This document shows, one piece after another, positions 40,099-49,340 of a stretch of DNA of 64,000 nt. Every line of letters begins with the position of its first letter. Position 1 is the stretch's first letter. The notes under the pieces were generated by a model that had not been told where the DNA came from, searched no databases, and was given only the letters and a program-made list of their open reading frames with translations. The DNA lies in assembly GCA_963662665.2 (NCBI GenBank), contig CAXXJS010000040.1:352001-416000 (forward strand). Reading direction: 5' to 3'. The DNA comes from Candidatus Latescibacterota bacterium (lineage in GTDB: Bacteria > Latescibacterota > UBA2968 > GCA-2709665). Position numbers and translations under genes: made by a program.

Positions 40099-41385
40099 GT
40101 GAAACCGGTGTCAGCGAGTTTTCCCGAAGTGCCGGCGTGGTATGCCCCCCGCATCTGTGGTGTCGACCCGACGGGACGAACGATTTCGGCCAGGGCCGGG
40201 GAGACCATTGACTTTCGTCTCGAGGTCGAGCCCTGTCAGTCACTGCCAACGCGGCAGGACTGGCGGCGCCTTTCCAGGCCCATTCTGTCTGCGGCGACGA
40301 CGAAGCAGGACTGGTGCCGCGTACTCCTCTACATGCCCTGCGTGCTGAGGGCGGACGGCATCTACAAGATGTGGTACGTGGGCAGTTCCGACCACGCGCG
40401 CAACCCTTCGTACATCCATCTCGGGTACGCCACGTCGACGGACGGGTTGCAGTGGGAGCCCCATGCCAGGAATCCGATCGCCACCGACGATGCGATTCCG
40501 TGGGGCTGGCGTTTCCAGGCGCCGTACGTGCTTTACGACCTGGAGGAGAAGATTTACAGGATGTGGTTTACCGCCGTCGATGAAATCGACGCGGAGGGAC
40601 GCCCGTGGTTGAACCAGCGGGTGGGGTACGGCGAGAGTCCCGACGGGATTTCATGGACGTTCCACCCGGAGCCCGTGCTGCGTACCGGGCGGCGACCGTG
40701 TGTTATGAAACTGGACGACGGCACGTACAGGATGTGGGTGAATGCGCCGTCCGGAACCGCTCCGGATCTGCAGGTGACCCAGAACGTCATTTCCGCCCGG
40801 TCCGAGGACGGTCTGCATTGGGAAGCGGAGGGAGACGCGGTGCGGTACGGCGGGATCTATCGCTCTTGCGTATATCCCTTCGTAATGCGCGATCGGGGCG
40901 AGCTGGCGATGTGGTTCGGCGGTCACCGGGCGGGCGGCGCTTTCGATATTTCGTTCGGGCGCACCCGCGACGGCAGCACCTGGTACTACCAGAACGACGT
41001 GCCCACGTTTCCCCCGAACCCGCGCAGGGATGCGTTCGACGGACGGTACACGTCCACCCCGCACGTGTTGAAGCTGCCGGGCAAGTATATGATGTACTAT
41101 TCCGCGCGGGACCTGGACGACGGATGGATCGCGCCGGACGGCTCGCGGCAGCGGGACGCCGACGGGGTGTATCGCCACATCGGGTGCGCCGAATTGCCTG
41201 TGGACGAAGTGGAAGATCCGGGCCTCCGCTTTTCGTGGATGGCCGACGGTAAGGCAATACCCGGAAACGGCGGATCGCTGCGGTTCGAGGCGGACAGGGC
41301 GGGAAGACATTCGATAACCTGCCGCGTGGAAAATGACAACGGCTCAACCGCGTACACCTGGGAGGTGGATGCGAGCAATGGATAG
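40099..41385 (+). CDS. Five-bladed beta-propeller GH-like protein with Ig-like segments
   Basis: Paralog of 34937-35959 (YKMWY, GRRPCV, VYPFVMR, DGRYTSTP, YYSARD, YRHIG) plus extra N- and C-terminal beta segments; GGAG then GTG. Confidence 0.78.
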   Translation: MKPVSASFPEVPAWYAPRICGVDPTGRTISARAGETIDFRLEVEPCQSLPTRQDWRRLSRPILSAATTKQDWCRVLLYMPCVLRADGIYKMWYVGSSDHARNPSYIHLGYATSTDGLQWEPHARNPIATDDAIPWGWRFQAPYVLYDLEEKIYRMWFTAVDEIDAEGRPWLNQRVGYGESPDGISWTFHPEPVLRTGRRPCVMKLDDGTYRMWVNAPSGTAPDLQVTQNVISARSEDGLHWEAEGDAVRYGGIYRSCVYPFVMRDRGELAMWFGGHRAGGAFDISFGRTRDGSTWYYQNDVPTFPPNPRRDAFDGRYTSTPHVLKLPGKYMMYYSARDLDDGWIAPDGSRQRDADGVYRHIGCAELPVDEVEDPGLRFSWMADGKAIPGNGGSLRFEADRAGRHSITCRVENDNGSTAYTWEVDASNG

Positions 41386-43252
41386 ACCCGTAGTCCTGGC
41401 TGCAGACCGCCGTGCGCGATGCGCGGTGGAGGTGTCCGCGAATCCGGAGCCCGGCGAAATGACGGCCGGGGAGGAACTGGCGCATTACATTGGGAAGCTT
41501 GCCGGTACCCCCATCGGTCTGCACCAGGGGGAGAAGAGCGGCGCGCCCGTGCGGATTCTGGTGGGGACCCGAGCGCGTGAGGAGATTGGCGACTTGCCGG
41601 TGGACGACGTGCGGGACGACGGGTTTGTGCTGCGCGTGTCGCCGGACCGGATCGCGTTGGCCGGCGCCAACACGCGGGGCACGCTGTATGCCGCGTATGA
41701 GCTGATCGAGCGGCTGGGGGTGCGGTGGTACGGCCCGAACCCACAGGATGAGTATGTTCCCGGGATCGGCGATCTGGCGCTTCCGTTGGGGTCTGAGGTG
41801 ATCAATCCGTCGTTCCGGTTCCGGTTCCTCAGGTGCCTCTTCTCGGCGATGGTCGGGCTGGAAGCATCGGGAATGTGGCAACCCTTTTCGTCTCCCAGGC
41901 AGGAACAGTTGCTGGACTGGGGCGTGAAGAACCGGCTGAACGCCGGCTTCTGGCCCTTCGACGATCCGGACGTCACTTCCTTCTTCGGCAGGCGTGGCGG
42001 CGTGGCGTGCGTGGACCACGCTCACGCCCTGCCGTATATGGTGCCGCCTGACCAATACTGGGATTCGCACCCGGAATATTTCGCGGTCGACGAACACGGC
42101 GAGTTGTTCGAAAGACGGGCGAACGAGTACGGGATTCACGTGTGCAGGTCAAATCCGGATGTCCTGGACGTGGTGGTCCGGAAGGCCCTTGAGACGATGG
42201 AACGCGACCCGGATGCGGGCTTCGTGAGCATTTCCCAGGCGGACGGCCAGTTCCACTGCCGGTGCCCGGCCTGTCTGTCGAAGTGTAACCAGGGATCTCT
42301 GGTATTTCTGGGCGAGGAGCAGATCATCCGGACCAATTGCATGGTGGAATTCGCCAACCGGGTGGCTGAACGGTTCTGCGAGCGTTGGCCGGACCGGTAC
42401 CTTATGATTCTGGGACACCATCAGACGATTCCGCCGCCAACGATTGACGTGCATCCGAACGTGATGATCAAGCTCGCCTGTTCGCCGCACGGGTTCGTGT
42501 CGTTCAACCGGCCCCTCGAGGATCCCGCGGGGAACCATTTTATCTTCCAGAGGGCCGTGGAGGGGTGGGCCGCCACGGGTACGCCGCTGGCCTATTACGG
42601 TTATAACCCCCACAGTTCGTTTGCCCATGCCCCCTTTTCGGCCGGCCGCAGGTTTCACAGCGATATCAGGTGGCTGCACCGGCACGGGTTTGTGGGCGCC
42701 GAATTCCAGGGTGAAGGGACGCTGTGGGGATTCTATGGTCTGAACCACGTCGTGCAAGCCCGGACGATGTGGGACGTCGACGTGGATTTCGCCGCGCTTC
42801 AGCGGGACTATTTCCGCTGTTTGTACGGGGCCGCGGCCGAGCCGGTGCAGGCACTGCACAAGGCGTTTGAGCGGGCAGTTGTGGAACACGAACCCATGAT
42901 GAAGGGCCTCGGCGCGTTTCTTTCTCCGGAGTTGATCGAGAGGGGAAGAAATCTGATTCGCGAGGGCCGCGACGCGGAGACGTCCGATGACGTCCAGGGC
43001 CGACTGAACGTCCTGGCCGCACAGGTTGAATACGGAGGCCGGCTGATGGGCGCCAGACGGACCGCGGAAACGTACCACCGGACGCGGGACCAGGACCAAT
43101 TGAAGCGGCTGGTCCGGGAACGGGATGCCATTGTCGACTACATTGCCGCGAATCCCGTGGACGACGCCTATCATTTGGGCGGTATCGGCGGGCAGCGAGG
43201 GAATATCAATAACTTCCTGCTGGGGCACCTCTGGGGAATCGACAGGATCTGA
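41378..43252 (+). CDS. DUF4838-domain protein (GH67/GH115-like N-terminus)
   Basis: RGTLYAAYELIERLGVRWY, PSFRFR, YWDSHPEYFA, CRSNPDV, CRCPAC, FANRVA. Confidence 0.82.
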   Translation: MDRPVVLAADRRARCAVEVSANPEPGEMTAGEELAHYIGKLAGTPIGLHQGEKSGAPVRILVGTRAREEIGDLPVDDVRDDGFVLRVSPDRIALAGANTRGTLYAAYELIERLGVRWYGPNPQDEYVPGIGDLALPLGSEVINPSFRFRFLRCLFSAMVGLEASGMWQPFSSPRQEQLLDWGVKNRLNAGFWPFDDPDVTSFFGRRGGVACVDHAHALPYMVPPDQYWDSHPEYFAVDEHGELFERRANEYGIHVCRSNPDVLDVVVRKALETMERDPDAGFVSISQADGQFHCRCPACLSKCNQGSLVFLGEEQIIRTNCMVEFANRVAERFCERWPDRYLMILGHHQTIPPPTIDVHPNVMIKLACSPHGFVSFNRPLEDPAGNHFIFQRAVEGWAATGTPLAYYGYNPHSSFAHAPFSAGRRFHSDIRWLHRHGFVGAEFQGEGTLWGFYGLNHVVQARTMWDVDVDFAALQRDYFRCLYGAAAEPVQALHKAFERAVVEHEPMMKGLGAFLSPELIERGRNLIREGRDAETSDDVQGRLNVLAAQVEYGGRLMGARRTAETYHRTRDQDQLKRLVRERDAIVDYIAANPVDDAYHLGGIGGQRGNINNFLLGHLWGIDRI

Positions 43253-43565
43253 GCAGCCGCGCGCTCACCAGCCTGTTCAGGCTCACGCCCTGTTCCGCCG
43301 CTTCGATGACCAGGGCGCGGTGCGATTCCGGCGGCAGACGAACCAGGAACTTTCCGCTATACGCGCGGTCCGCCAACGGCGCCGGTACCGGTTCACCGGT
43401 GGCGCGCATGTCGGCCACGGATTCCCGAACGAGCCGCTGGATGCCGGACAATGCCTCGTCGGGTGACGGCGCGAGCCAGCTCAACGACGGGAATTCCGCG
43501 CAGAGACCCACGTGTTCCTTGTCTTCCGCGGACCACGTGATCCGGTAGGTGTAATGGTCGTTCAT
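43206..43565 (-). CDS. hicB: HicB family antitoxin
   Basis: YTYRITWSAED..VGLCAEFPSLSWLA; C-terminal RHH YSGKFLVRLPPESHRALVIEAAEQGVSLN. Confidence 0.92.
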   Translation of the reverse strand: MNDHYTYRITWSAEDKEHVGLCAEFPSLSWLAPSPDEALSGIQRLVRESVADMRATGEPVPAPLADRAYSGKFLVRLPPESHRALVIEAAEQGVSLNRLVSARLLRSCRFPRGAPAGSY

Positions 43566-43999
43566 TTTATGTCCTCGAGTTTTTCAATTGCCCGGATGAC
43601 CTGGCGGACCTGATATGGCTTCGCCATGCCCTTGTAATTCTGTATGGTAGAAGCTGTTTGAATATTACTAGCGAGTTCCCGAGCGCGAGCGAAAAAGCGG
43701 CAGTCAAGGCGGGCAAATTCGCCTATGAGAGGCGAGGGGCGCGCAGCCTCGACTAAAGATACGGGTGAGTTTGACCAACGCCGACCGGCGCATTTGCAGC
43801 CGCGCGAAGACCGCTGGGAATTTTCAAACAGCTTCCTAACGCGTGGGTCGCCTGGCCACGGCATCCGGTAGACCCGATGGCTCGTCCCTTTCTGGCGTGG
43901 TTCTCCGAAATAGTCGTCGCAAATCCTTACAAGATCCGAAAAACGGACTCCATTCGGATTGTCACGAAGCGCTTTGAGGATTTCCGTCGTGCTTACCAT
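43562..43999 (-). CDS. hicA: HicA family toxin carrying an in-frame 63-codon MITE insertion
   Basis: NPNGVRFSDL..YFGEPRQKGTSHRVY..PWPGDPRV-[insert]-TIQNYKGMAKPYQVRQV; ATGA overlap with hicB. Confidence 0.88.
   Translation of the reverse strand: MVSTTEILKALRDNPNGVRFSDLVRICDDYFGEPRQKGTSHRVYRMPWPGDPRVRKLFENSQRSSRGCKCAGRRWSNSPVSLVEAARPSPLIGEFARLDCRFFARARELASNIQTASTIQNYKGMAKPYQVRQVIRAIEKLEDIK
43650..43836. mobile_element. MITE, 187 bp, with TA target duplication
   Basis: 17-bp terminal inverted repeats GAAGCTGTTTGAA(T/A)ATT (43650-43666 and 43819-43835, 16/17 identical), flanked by TA at 43648-49 and 43837-38; no transposase. Confidence 0.88.
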
Positions 44000-44004
44000 G
44001 AAAT

Positions 44005-44033
44005 ATGATATCAATAATGATACTAATTGTAAA
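44005..44033 (-). promoter_or_regulatory. Sigma70 promoter of hicAB giving a leaderless transcript
   Basis: On the minus strand: TTTACA, 17 nt spacer ending in TGA (extended -10), TATCAT, then 5 nt and the ATG; no SD. Confidence 0.65.
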
Positions 44034-44173
44034 GTAGAATCGATCCCTGCGTGCACGACCGGTGAAGCGTAACCCGCTCCGGGTCTGCATGAGGTGACAC
44101 GCTCGACACCGTGTGTGGAACACGCGGGTAGGGGCCGCCTGCCTTCACATCTCAATGCAAAAACGGTACGTAC

Positions 44174-46003
44174 ATGGAACAACCCATCCTGATATTGCGC
44201 GCGGGAAGCGACCCGTCGGAAGACCTGTGTGCCGAAGTGCTCCGATGCGAGGGCTTTCCCTGGCTGGAAGAGCGCCTTGCGTCGGGATTTGACGGTGTGT
44301 CGCCCGACGTGAGCCTCGTGGTTCTGGCTGGCACCGGCGTCAGCCAGACGACGGCGGAGCGCCTGGCGAAGTCTGTTTCCGCGGGTGTATCGCTGATCGC
44401 GCTCGCGCCTGACCCGGCCGTCGCGACCGCGTTCGACGTCACGGTATCGGATGCCATCTCCGACGCCCACCTGTCCGTGACCGCCCTGGACGGCTGGGAA
44501 CACGGCGATGTGCCGCTGCTGTGTCCCGACGACACCGCTTGTCCCCTTCAGGGCGGCCGGGAAGTGGCGGCGCTTCTGGCCGATGGAGATGAGCGATGCG
44601 GATCGGGAATCGTATCCGCCCGCGTGGGAGATGGAAAGGCATGGATTTACGGCTACGATCTCTGCCACGTCGTGGCAACGCTTCGTCACGGCACGGGAGG
44701 CGTGCGCGAGCGGCCGGCGAAGGACATGGGACCGCTCACGGGACCGCGGCACATCTACGGATTCTTCGATCTCTCCGACAAGCTGCCACGGGACGTGCCG
44801 GTATGCGACCTGCATCAGGATATACTGAGGACGCTGGTTCTGTCCTCCCTCTCCGATTCCGGTCTTCCCCGGCTCTGGCACTTTCCCCACGCCGCCCCCG
44901 CGCTCTGGTTCGTGAAGGGAGATGGGTGTGGAGAAGTCGGCGCCGACGTGGAAGTCCAGGTCGTCGAGGAGTACGGCGCTTATCTGACCTTCAACAGACC
45001 CCCCGTTAGCCGGTTCGGCGGCGAACTGATGAGAGACTGGCACGAACGGGGGCACGGCATCACCATCGAAGCCAATCTGGACGCCGTCACGCGGCCCGTC
45101 GTCGAGGTCTCGGGTAAGACGGTCAGGCGGTCCCGCACAGCACAGGACCTGAACGAAAACGCGCTGCCCGATATCCGCGCCAACCTGGAGGCGCACCGCA
45201 ACAGCTTCTTCCGCGACACCGGCCTGGACATGGACACGATCTGCATCCACGGTTGCCAGTGGTCGGGGCAGGCGATGGCGGAGATGGTGGTCGACCTCGG
45301 CTGGTACACGCCCACTCACTTCATCTCGCACGACCCACGCATGCGCCGCGATGAGCGCTATGGGCCATACATGATCGCGACCGCCCTGCCTCTCCCCTAC
45401 TTCCAGCACGGTGTGGGCGTCCTCGACCTGTGGCATATGCCGGCGCAGTGGGACGAGAGTCAGACGCTGGGCGAACTGGATCCCGGAGATCCGAAATCAA
45501 CAGGCAGGGTGGGCCTGTCGGCGGAGGCATACGGGGCCGAACTCACACGCTTCGCCGAAGACGCGGCGCGGCGCTGGCACGGCTGCCAGATCGCCAACTT
45601 TCACCCGAGCTACGTCGCCATGCCCCAGGACGATCCCCGGGCCTCCCGCCGTGCGCTGGAAATGGGCCTGGAAGGCGCCCGGGCGGCGGGATGCCGGTTC
45701 GAGAACCAGGAGCGGTGGTCGCGGTTCTCCAGGGCCCGCGCGGACGTGCGGCTCGTGGAGCGGTGGGAGGAGGGCGAAGCCGTCTTTCTGACGCTGGTTT
45801 CCCCAATGGGTCTGCAAGGGCTCACCCTGCTGCTGCCCGATCGCGTGATCGACGCCCGCGTTGCCGAAACCGGCGGGCCCCTGGACATCCGTGAGGTTGT
45901 GCTGGAAGGACGGCGCCAGCGGGCCGTGTTTCTGGACCTGCTCGCGAAAACGCCGCTTACCCTTCGCATGGAGACTGCGACTTCGGGAGATATTCGGGGG
46001 TAA
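44174..46003 (+). CDS. Hypothetical protein, possible polysaccharide-deacetylase-like barrel
   Basis: Long ORF; PRLWHFP, KGDG, HERGH and NFHP motifs. The family assignment is tentative. Confidence 0.7.
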   Translation: MEQPILILRAGSDPSEDLCAEVLRCEGFPWLEERLASGFDGVSPDVSLVVLAGTGVSQTTAERLAKSVSAGVSLIALAPDPAVATAFDVTVSDAISDAHLSVTALDGWEHGDVPLLCPDDTACPLQGGREVAALLADGDERCGSGIVSARVGDGKAWIYGYDLCHVVATLRHGTGGVRERPAKDMGPLTGPRHIYGFFDLSDKLPRDVPVCDLHQDILRTLVLSSLSDSGLPRLWHFPHAAPALWFVKGDGCGEVGADVEVQVVEEYGAYLTFNRPPVSRFGGELMRDWHERGHGITIEANLDAVTRPVVEVSGKTVRRSRTAQDLNENALPDIRANLEAHRNSFFRDTGLDMDTICIHGCQWSGQAMAEMVVDLGWYTPTHFISHDPRMRRDERYGPYMIATALPLPYFQHGVGVLDLWHMPAQWDESQTLGELDPGDPKSTGRVGLSAEAYGAELTRFAEDAARRWHGCQIANFHPSYVAMPQDDPRASRRALEMGLEGARAAGCRFENQERWSRFSRARADVRLVERWEEGEAVFLTLVSPMGLQGLTLLLPDRVIDARVAETGGPLDIREVVLEGRRQRAVFLDLLAKTPLTLRMETATSGDIRG

Positions 46004-46004
46004 T

Positions 46005-46112
46005 ATGGCGAGAGTACAGATGTGGGATCGCGCCCATGAAGAGGCCCGCCGCAAGCTCGGCGCCATCGTCCTTTCGGACCATCCGGACCTGGGTTTCGAG
46101 GAAATCGAATGA
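46005..46112 (+). CDS. Small 35-aa ORF or gene remnant
   Basis: MARVQMWDRAHEEARRKLGAIVLSDHPDLGFEEIE fills the gap exactly: it starts 1 nt after the upstream stop and has an ATGA overlap with the next gene. Confidence 0.4.
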   Translation: MARVQMWDRAHEEARRKLGAIVLSDHPDLGFEEIE

Positions 46113-48124
46113 AACGGAAAATTCGCCGCACGGCCCTTCTGAACATTCAGAAAGTGAGTTATTCCCGCGACCACGTGGCGCGTGTCAGGAGAGAGGGGTT
46201 TACGGATATCGGCGTCTCCCTGAAAACGGGGAAAAGGAAATTCACGGGCCAGGGATTCGACGCGGAACAGGTGTGTCAATTTGGCGAATGGGCGGATGAA
46301 TTCGGACTCGGGATGACCGTTTTCACCGGGTACATGAAGTACCGGGAGACTTTCCTGCGGGACCATCCCGAACGGGCCATGGTATGCGTGGGGGGCTCGG
46401 GGACCGCACTGGACAGCGATAGTCTGGTACGCACCAAATGGCTGTGCCCGTTCCAGCCGGAGAACAAGGCCGAATACCTCGATCTCCTGAGGAAAGTGAT
46501 CGGGCTGCCGGCCCTCCGGGAAATCCACCTGAACGACGAGGCCGCCATAGGGTTCGCGAACGGCGATATCGGATGCTACTGCGACTATTGCGTTTCCGAA
46601 TACCAACGGGAATACGGGGCGCCGCCCCCTGCCGATTTCGACTGGAATTCGGAGGCGTGGTGGGCGTGGGTGCAGCGCAGGATGGCGCGGTGGACCGATG
46701 TCCACTCCTGGTTCCGCGAGCAAATCAAGTACAAGCGCCCCGACGTCCTGGTCGGCATTCAGTATTCGCCGGTAGTCGTGTCCTTCAATGAAAACATCTG
46801 GCGCGCGGGGATCGACCTCTCGCAGGACGCACTGGCCCAGGACGTGCTTTGTACAGACCCGTATCACTACAACCACACGTCGCACTTCACCTACCGGCCC
46901 GCGCGCCGGATCCTGACGGAGGCGACCCGGACGCTCGCCGGCGCCACGGTGGACCGTTCGTTGAATATCTACCCACAGGCATTCAGACCGCCCCTGGGCG
47001 GGCCGGAGTTGACCCGCCGCGACGGTTTCATGGCCGGCGCGGTTCCCTACGCGCTCGGCGCGGACAACATTACGCCGTATTCCAACGATCTGGCGCGTAT
47101 CATACCCGGGTTTCTGGACGGGTTTCACGAAGCGGGAAAACTTATTCCCTATTTCGAAAAGACGAGTCCCTATGCGTATGCCACCGTCGTCAACGCCACT
47201 CAGACGGAAATGTACGGAAATCCGGAAACCGGCTGGGGCGGGAAGGCGCTGGCGGTCTGGCCCGACGTGATGAACCACGTGGGGCTGCCGTGGCGCTGGC
47301 ACTTCGACGGACGGCTAGCCGACGCCGGAAAGGCCCTCGAAGGGCCGGCGATCCTGCCGGATACCCACTGCCTCACCGGCGAACAGAGGGCCGTTCTGCA
47401 AGGGCATGCCGAATCGGGCAATGGTCTCCTCTGGGTGGGGCGGACCCCGAACCGGGACTGGCCGGGAAAGGGGCCCTGTCCACCGCCGGAGGGGAAATCC
47501 ATCGACAGCGCGGAAATGCGGCGAGTAAGGCCGGACCATCCTTTCCTGGAGGGTATTTCGCATCCGGTAATGCTTCAGTCTGCGTTTGTCGAGCCGGGAA
47601 TCGAAGGCGAGACGCTGGGCGAGATCGACGGGAGGCCGGCGCTGGTCGTGAAGGAGGAAAACGGCGGGCGACAGGTCTGGATGGCGGGGGTCCCGGAGTT
47701 CAGCTACGTGACGCCTGGAGACCACAACGGCGTCCGGACGCCCACGGACGGCATTCCGTTGCTGCGGAATGTCCTGAAGTGGCTGGCGCGGGACGCACCG
47801 GTTGCCCGACTATGGCCCTACCCGCCGGACAACGCGTACCGGGACCTGCGGCCCTGGGACCGCCGCGACGTGCCGACCATGGAATTGTTTCCGATGATCG
47901 GCGACGGATGCCTGGTCTGCCTTATCTTCAACTACGTGGGGCTGGAATACCGGACGAACCTGGTGATGCGCGCGCCGGAAGGCGCACGCATCGTATCACT
48001 GACCGACGTCTTCACGGGAGCCGACGAACTGCCCGTCTGTGACGTCCGTGGTAACGAGGTTCTGATGCCCGTCAGAATGTCGAATCAGACCGATTACCTG
48101 GCCGTGGAATTGACGTGGCGGTAA
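46109..48124 (+). CDS. GH42-like TIM-barrel glycoside-hydrolase-related protein (copy 2)
   Basis: 671 aa, colinear with 20064-22079; LNDEA, CYCDYC, TDPY. Confidence 0.7.
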   Translation: MKRKIRRTALLNIQKVSYSRDHVARVRREGFTDIGVSLKTGKRKFTGQGFDAEQVCQFGEWADEFGLGMTVFTGYMKYRETFLRDHPERAMVCVGGSGTALDSDSLVRTKWLCPFQPENKAEYLDLLRKVIGLPALREIHLNDEAAIGFANGDIGCYCDYCVSEYQREYGAPPPADFDWNSEAWWAWVQRRMARWTDVHSWFREQIKYKRPDVLVGIQYSPVVVSFNENIWRAGIDLSQDALAQDVLCTDPYHYNHTSHFTYRPARRILTEATRTLAGATVDRSLNIYPQAFRPPLGGPELTRRDGFMAGAVPYALGADNITPYSNDLARIIPGFLDGFHEAGKLIPYFEKTSPYAYATVVNATQTEMYGNPETGWGGKALAVWPDVMNHVGLPWRWHFDGRLADAGKALEGPAILPDTHCLTGEQRAVLQGHAESGNGLLWVGRTPNRDWPGKGPCPPPEGKSIDSAEMRRVRPDHPFLEGISHPVMLQSAFVEPGIEGETLGEIDGRPALVVKEENGGRQVWMAGVPEFSYVTPGDHNGVRTPTDGIPLLRNVLKWLARDAPVARLWPYPPDNAYRDLRPWDRRDVPTMELFPMIGDGCLVCLIFNYVGLEYRTNLVMRAPEGARIVSLTDVFTGADELPVCDVRGNEVLMPVRMSNQTDYLAVELTWR

Positions 48125-48193
48125 TATCGGGGCCTCGCCCTGTCCGGCGCCTTGATGTATCGTCCAGCCAATTAACAGAGGGGACGCGAGTCG

Positions 48194-49297
48194 ATGTTGC
48201 AGACCGTTGACGGCGGCATCCTTTCGTGGCGACGCGGAATGGGGGCGTTCATGCCCGCGATCACGCCGCTCTCCGACGGCAGCATGATCGCCTGCCAGCA
48301 CGTCGGCGAGAGTCTGGGATCCGCGGACAACCATATCGAAGTCCTTCGCTGGGCCGACGGGGCTGCAACGTGGGTGAACGAAGGCAGCATCCACGGCGGC
48401 GGGCCGGCGGAAGACGGTTGGACCTACAGGAGTCCCTGCATCAGCGAGACGCCCGGCACCGGGCTGGTGATGACCGCGACGCGTTTCGAAATGCAGGGCG
48501 AAAAGCTGTTTGATCCGAGTTCGGAGGTGCTGCAGCGACCTGAAATGCTATTGTTCAGATCGGATGACGCCGGACACGCCTGGTCCACGCCACAGGTCGT
48601 CCCCGTGGATCTGCCGCCCGAGAAATACACGTGTAACGGCGCCGGCGTGTTGCTCCAACTCAGTCCGGACCGGTGGATGTACCCCCTGGAGACCTGGAAA
48701 CCGGAAGGATATGAAGGGCCGCCCGATCAGAAGGCCGCGGCGGTCTTCTCCGCCGACCAGGGACGAACCTGGGGCGAGTTTACCGTGGTGGCCGACGATC
48801 CATCGGGCGAGTTGCTCTGGTGGGACCAGATGAATACGGTGTTGCCGGACGGCAGAATCTACACCATGCTCTGGACACACGTCTATGGTACATCCGAGGA
48901 CCTGCACAATCACTGGACGGTCTCCGACGACGGCGGGCGGACGTGGTCGGCGCCGCGGCCCACCAACCTGCGCGGGCAGGTTTGCTCCCCCATCGCGCTG
49001 GCCGACGGACGGGTGGCGGCCATCTACAACTTCCGGCACGATCCGCATGGCATACGCGTGGCCCTCAGCGAGGATCTGGAGACATTCGACCTGGATGGCC
49101 AGGTCGTCGTGTTCGACGCAGGGGCCGAGGCCACTCTGGGAGAGCCGGAGACGGACAATTTTCTGGCCGAGCACATGCAAATCGCTTTCGGCAAACCCGG
49201 CGGCATCCGCCTTGACGACGGCGACCTGATGACGTACTTCTGGTGTACGGTCGGCGGTGTGACCCACACGCGCTGGGCACGGCTCAGGGTCGATTAG
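48194..49297 (+). CDS. Sialidase-like BNR/Asp-box protein
   Basis: Asp boxes SDDAGHAW, SADQGRTW, SDDGGRTW; FGKP near the C-terminus. Confidence 0.82.
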   Translation: MLQTVDGGILSWRRGMGAFMPAITPLSDGSMIACQHVGESLGSADNHIEVLRWADGAATWVNEGSIHGGGPAEDGWTYRSPCISETPGTGLVMTATRFEMQGEKLFDPSSEVLQRPEMLLFRSDDAGHAWSTPQVVPVDLPPEKYTCNGAGVLLQLSPDRWMYPLETWKPEGYEGPPDQKAAAVFSADQGRTWGEFTVVADDPSGELLWWDQMNTVLPDGRIYTMLWTHVYGTSEDLHNHWTVSDDGGRTWSAPRPTNLRGQVCSPIALADGRVAAIYNFRHDPHGIRVALSEDLETFDLDGQVVVFDAGAEATLGEPETDNFLAEHMQIAFGKPGGIRLDDGDLMTYFWCTVGGVTHTRWARLRVD

Positions 49298-49340
49298 GTG
49301 CTTACGATCCGGCGCAAATCGGTCATTGGAGAATAATAAC

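Noticed and set aside
43562-45436. 624-aa minus-strand ORF as a single gene
   Set aside because: Only the last 145 codons (from the ATG at 43999, with its own promoter) are hicA; the rest is antisense to 44174-46003.
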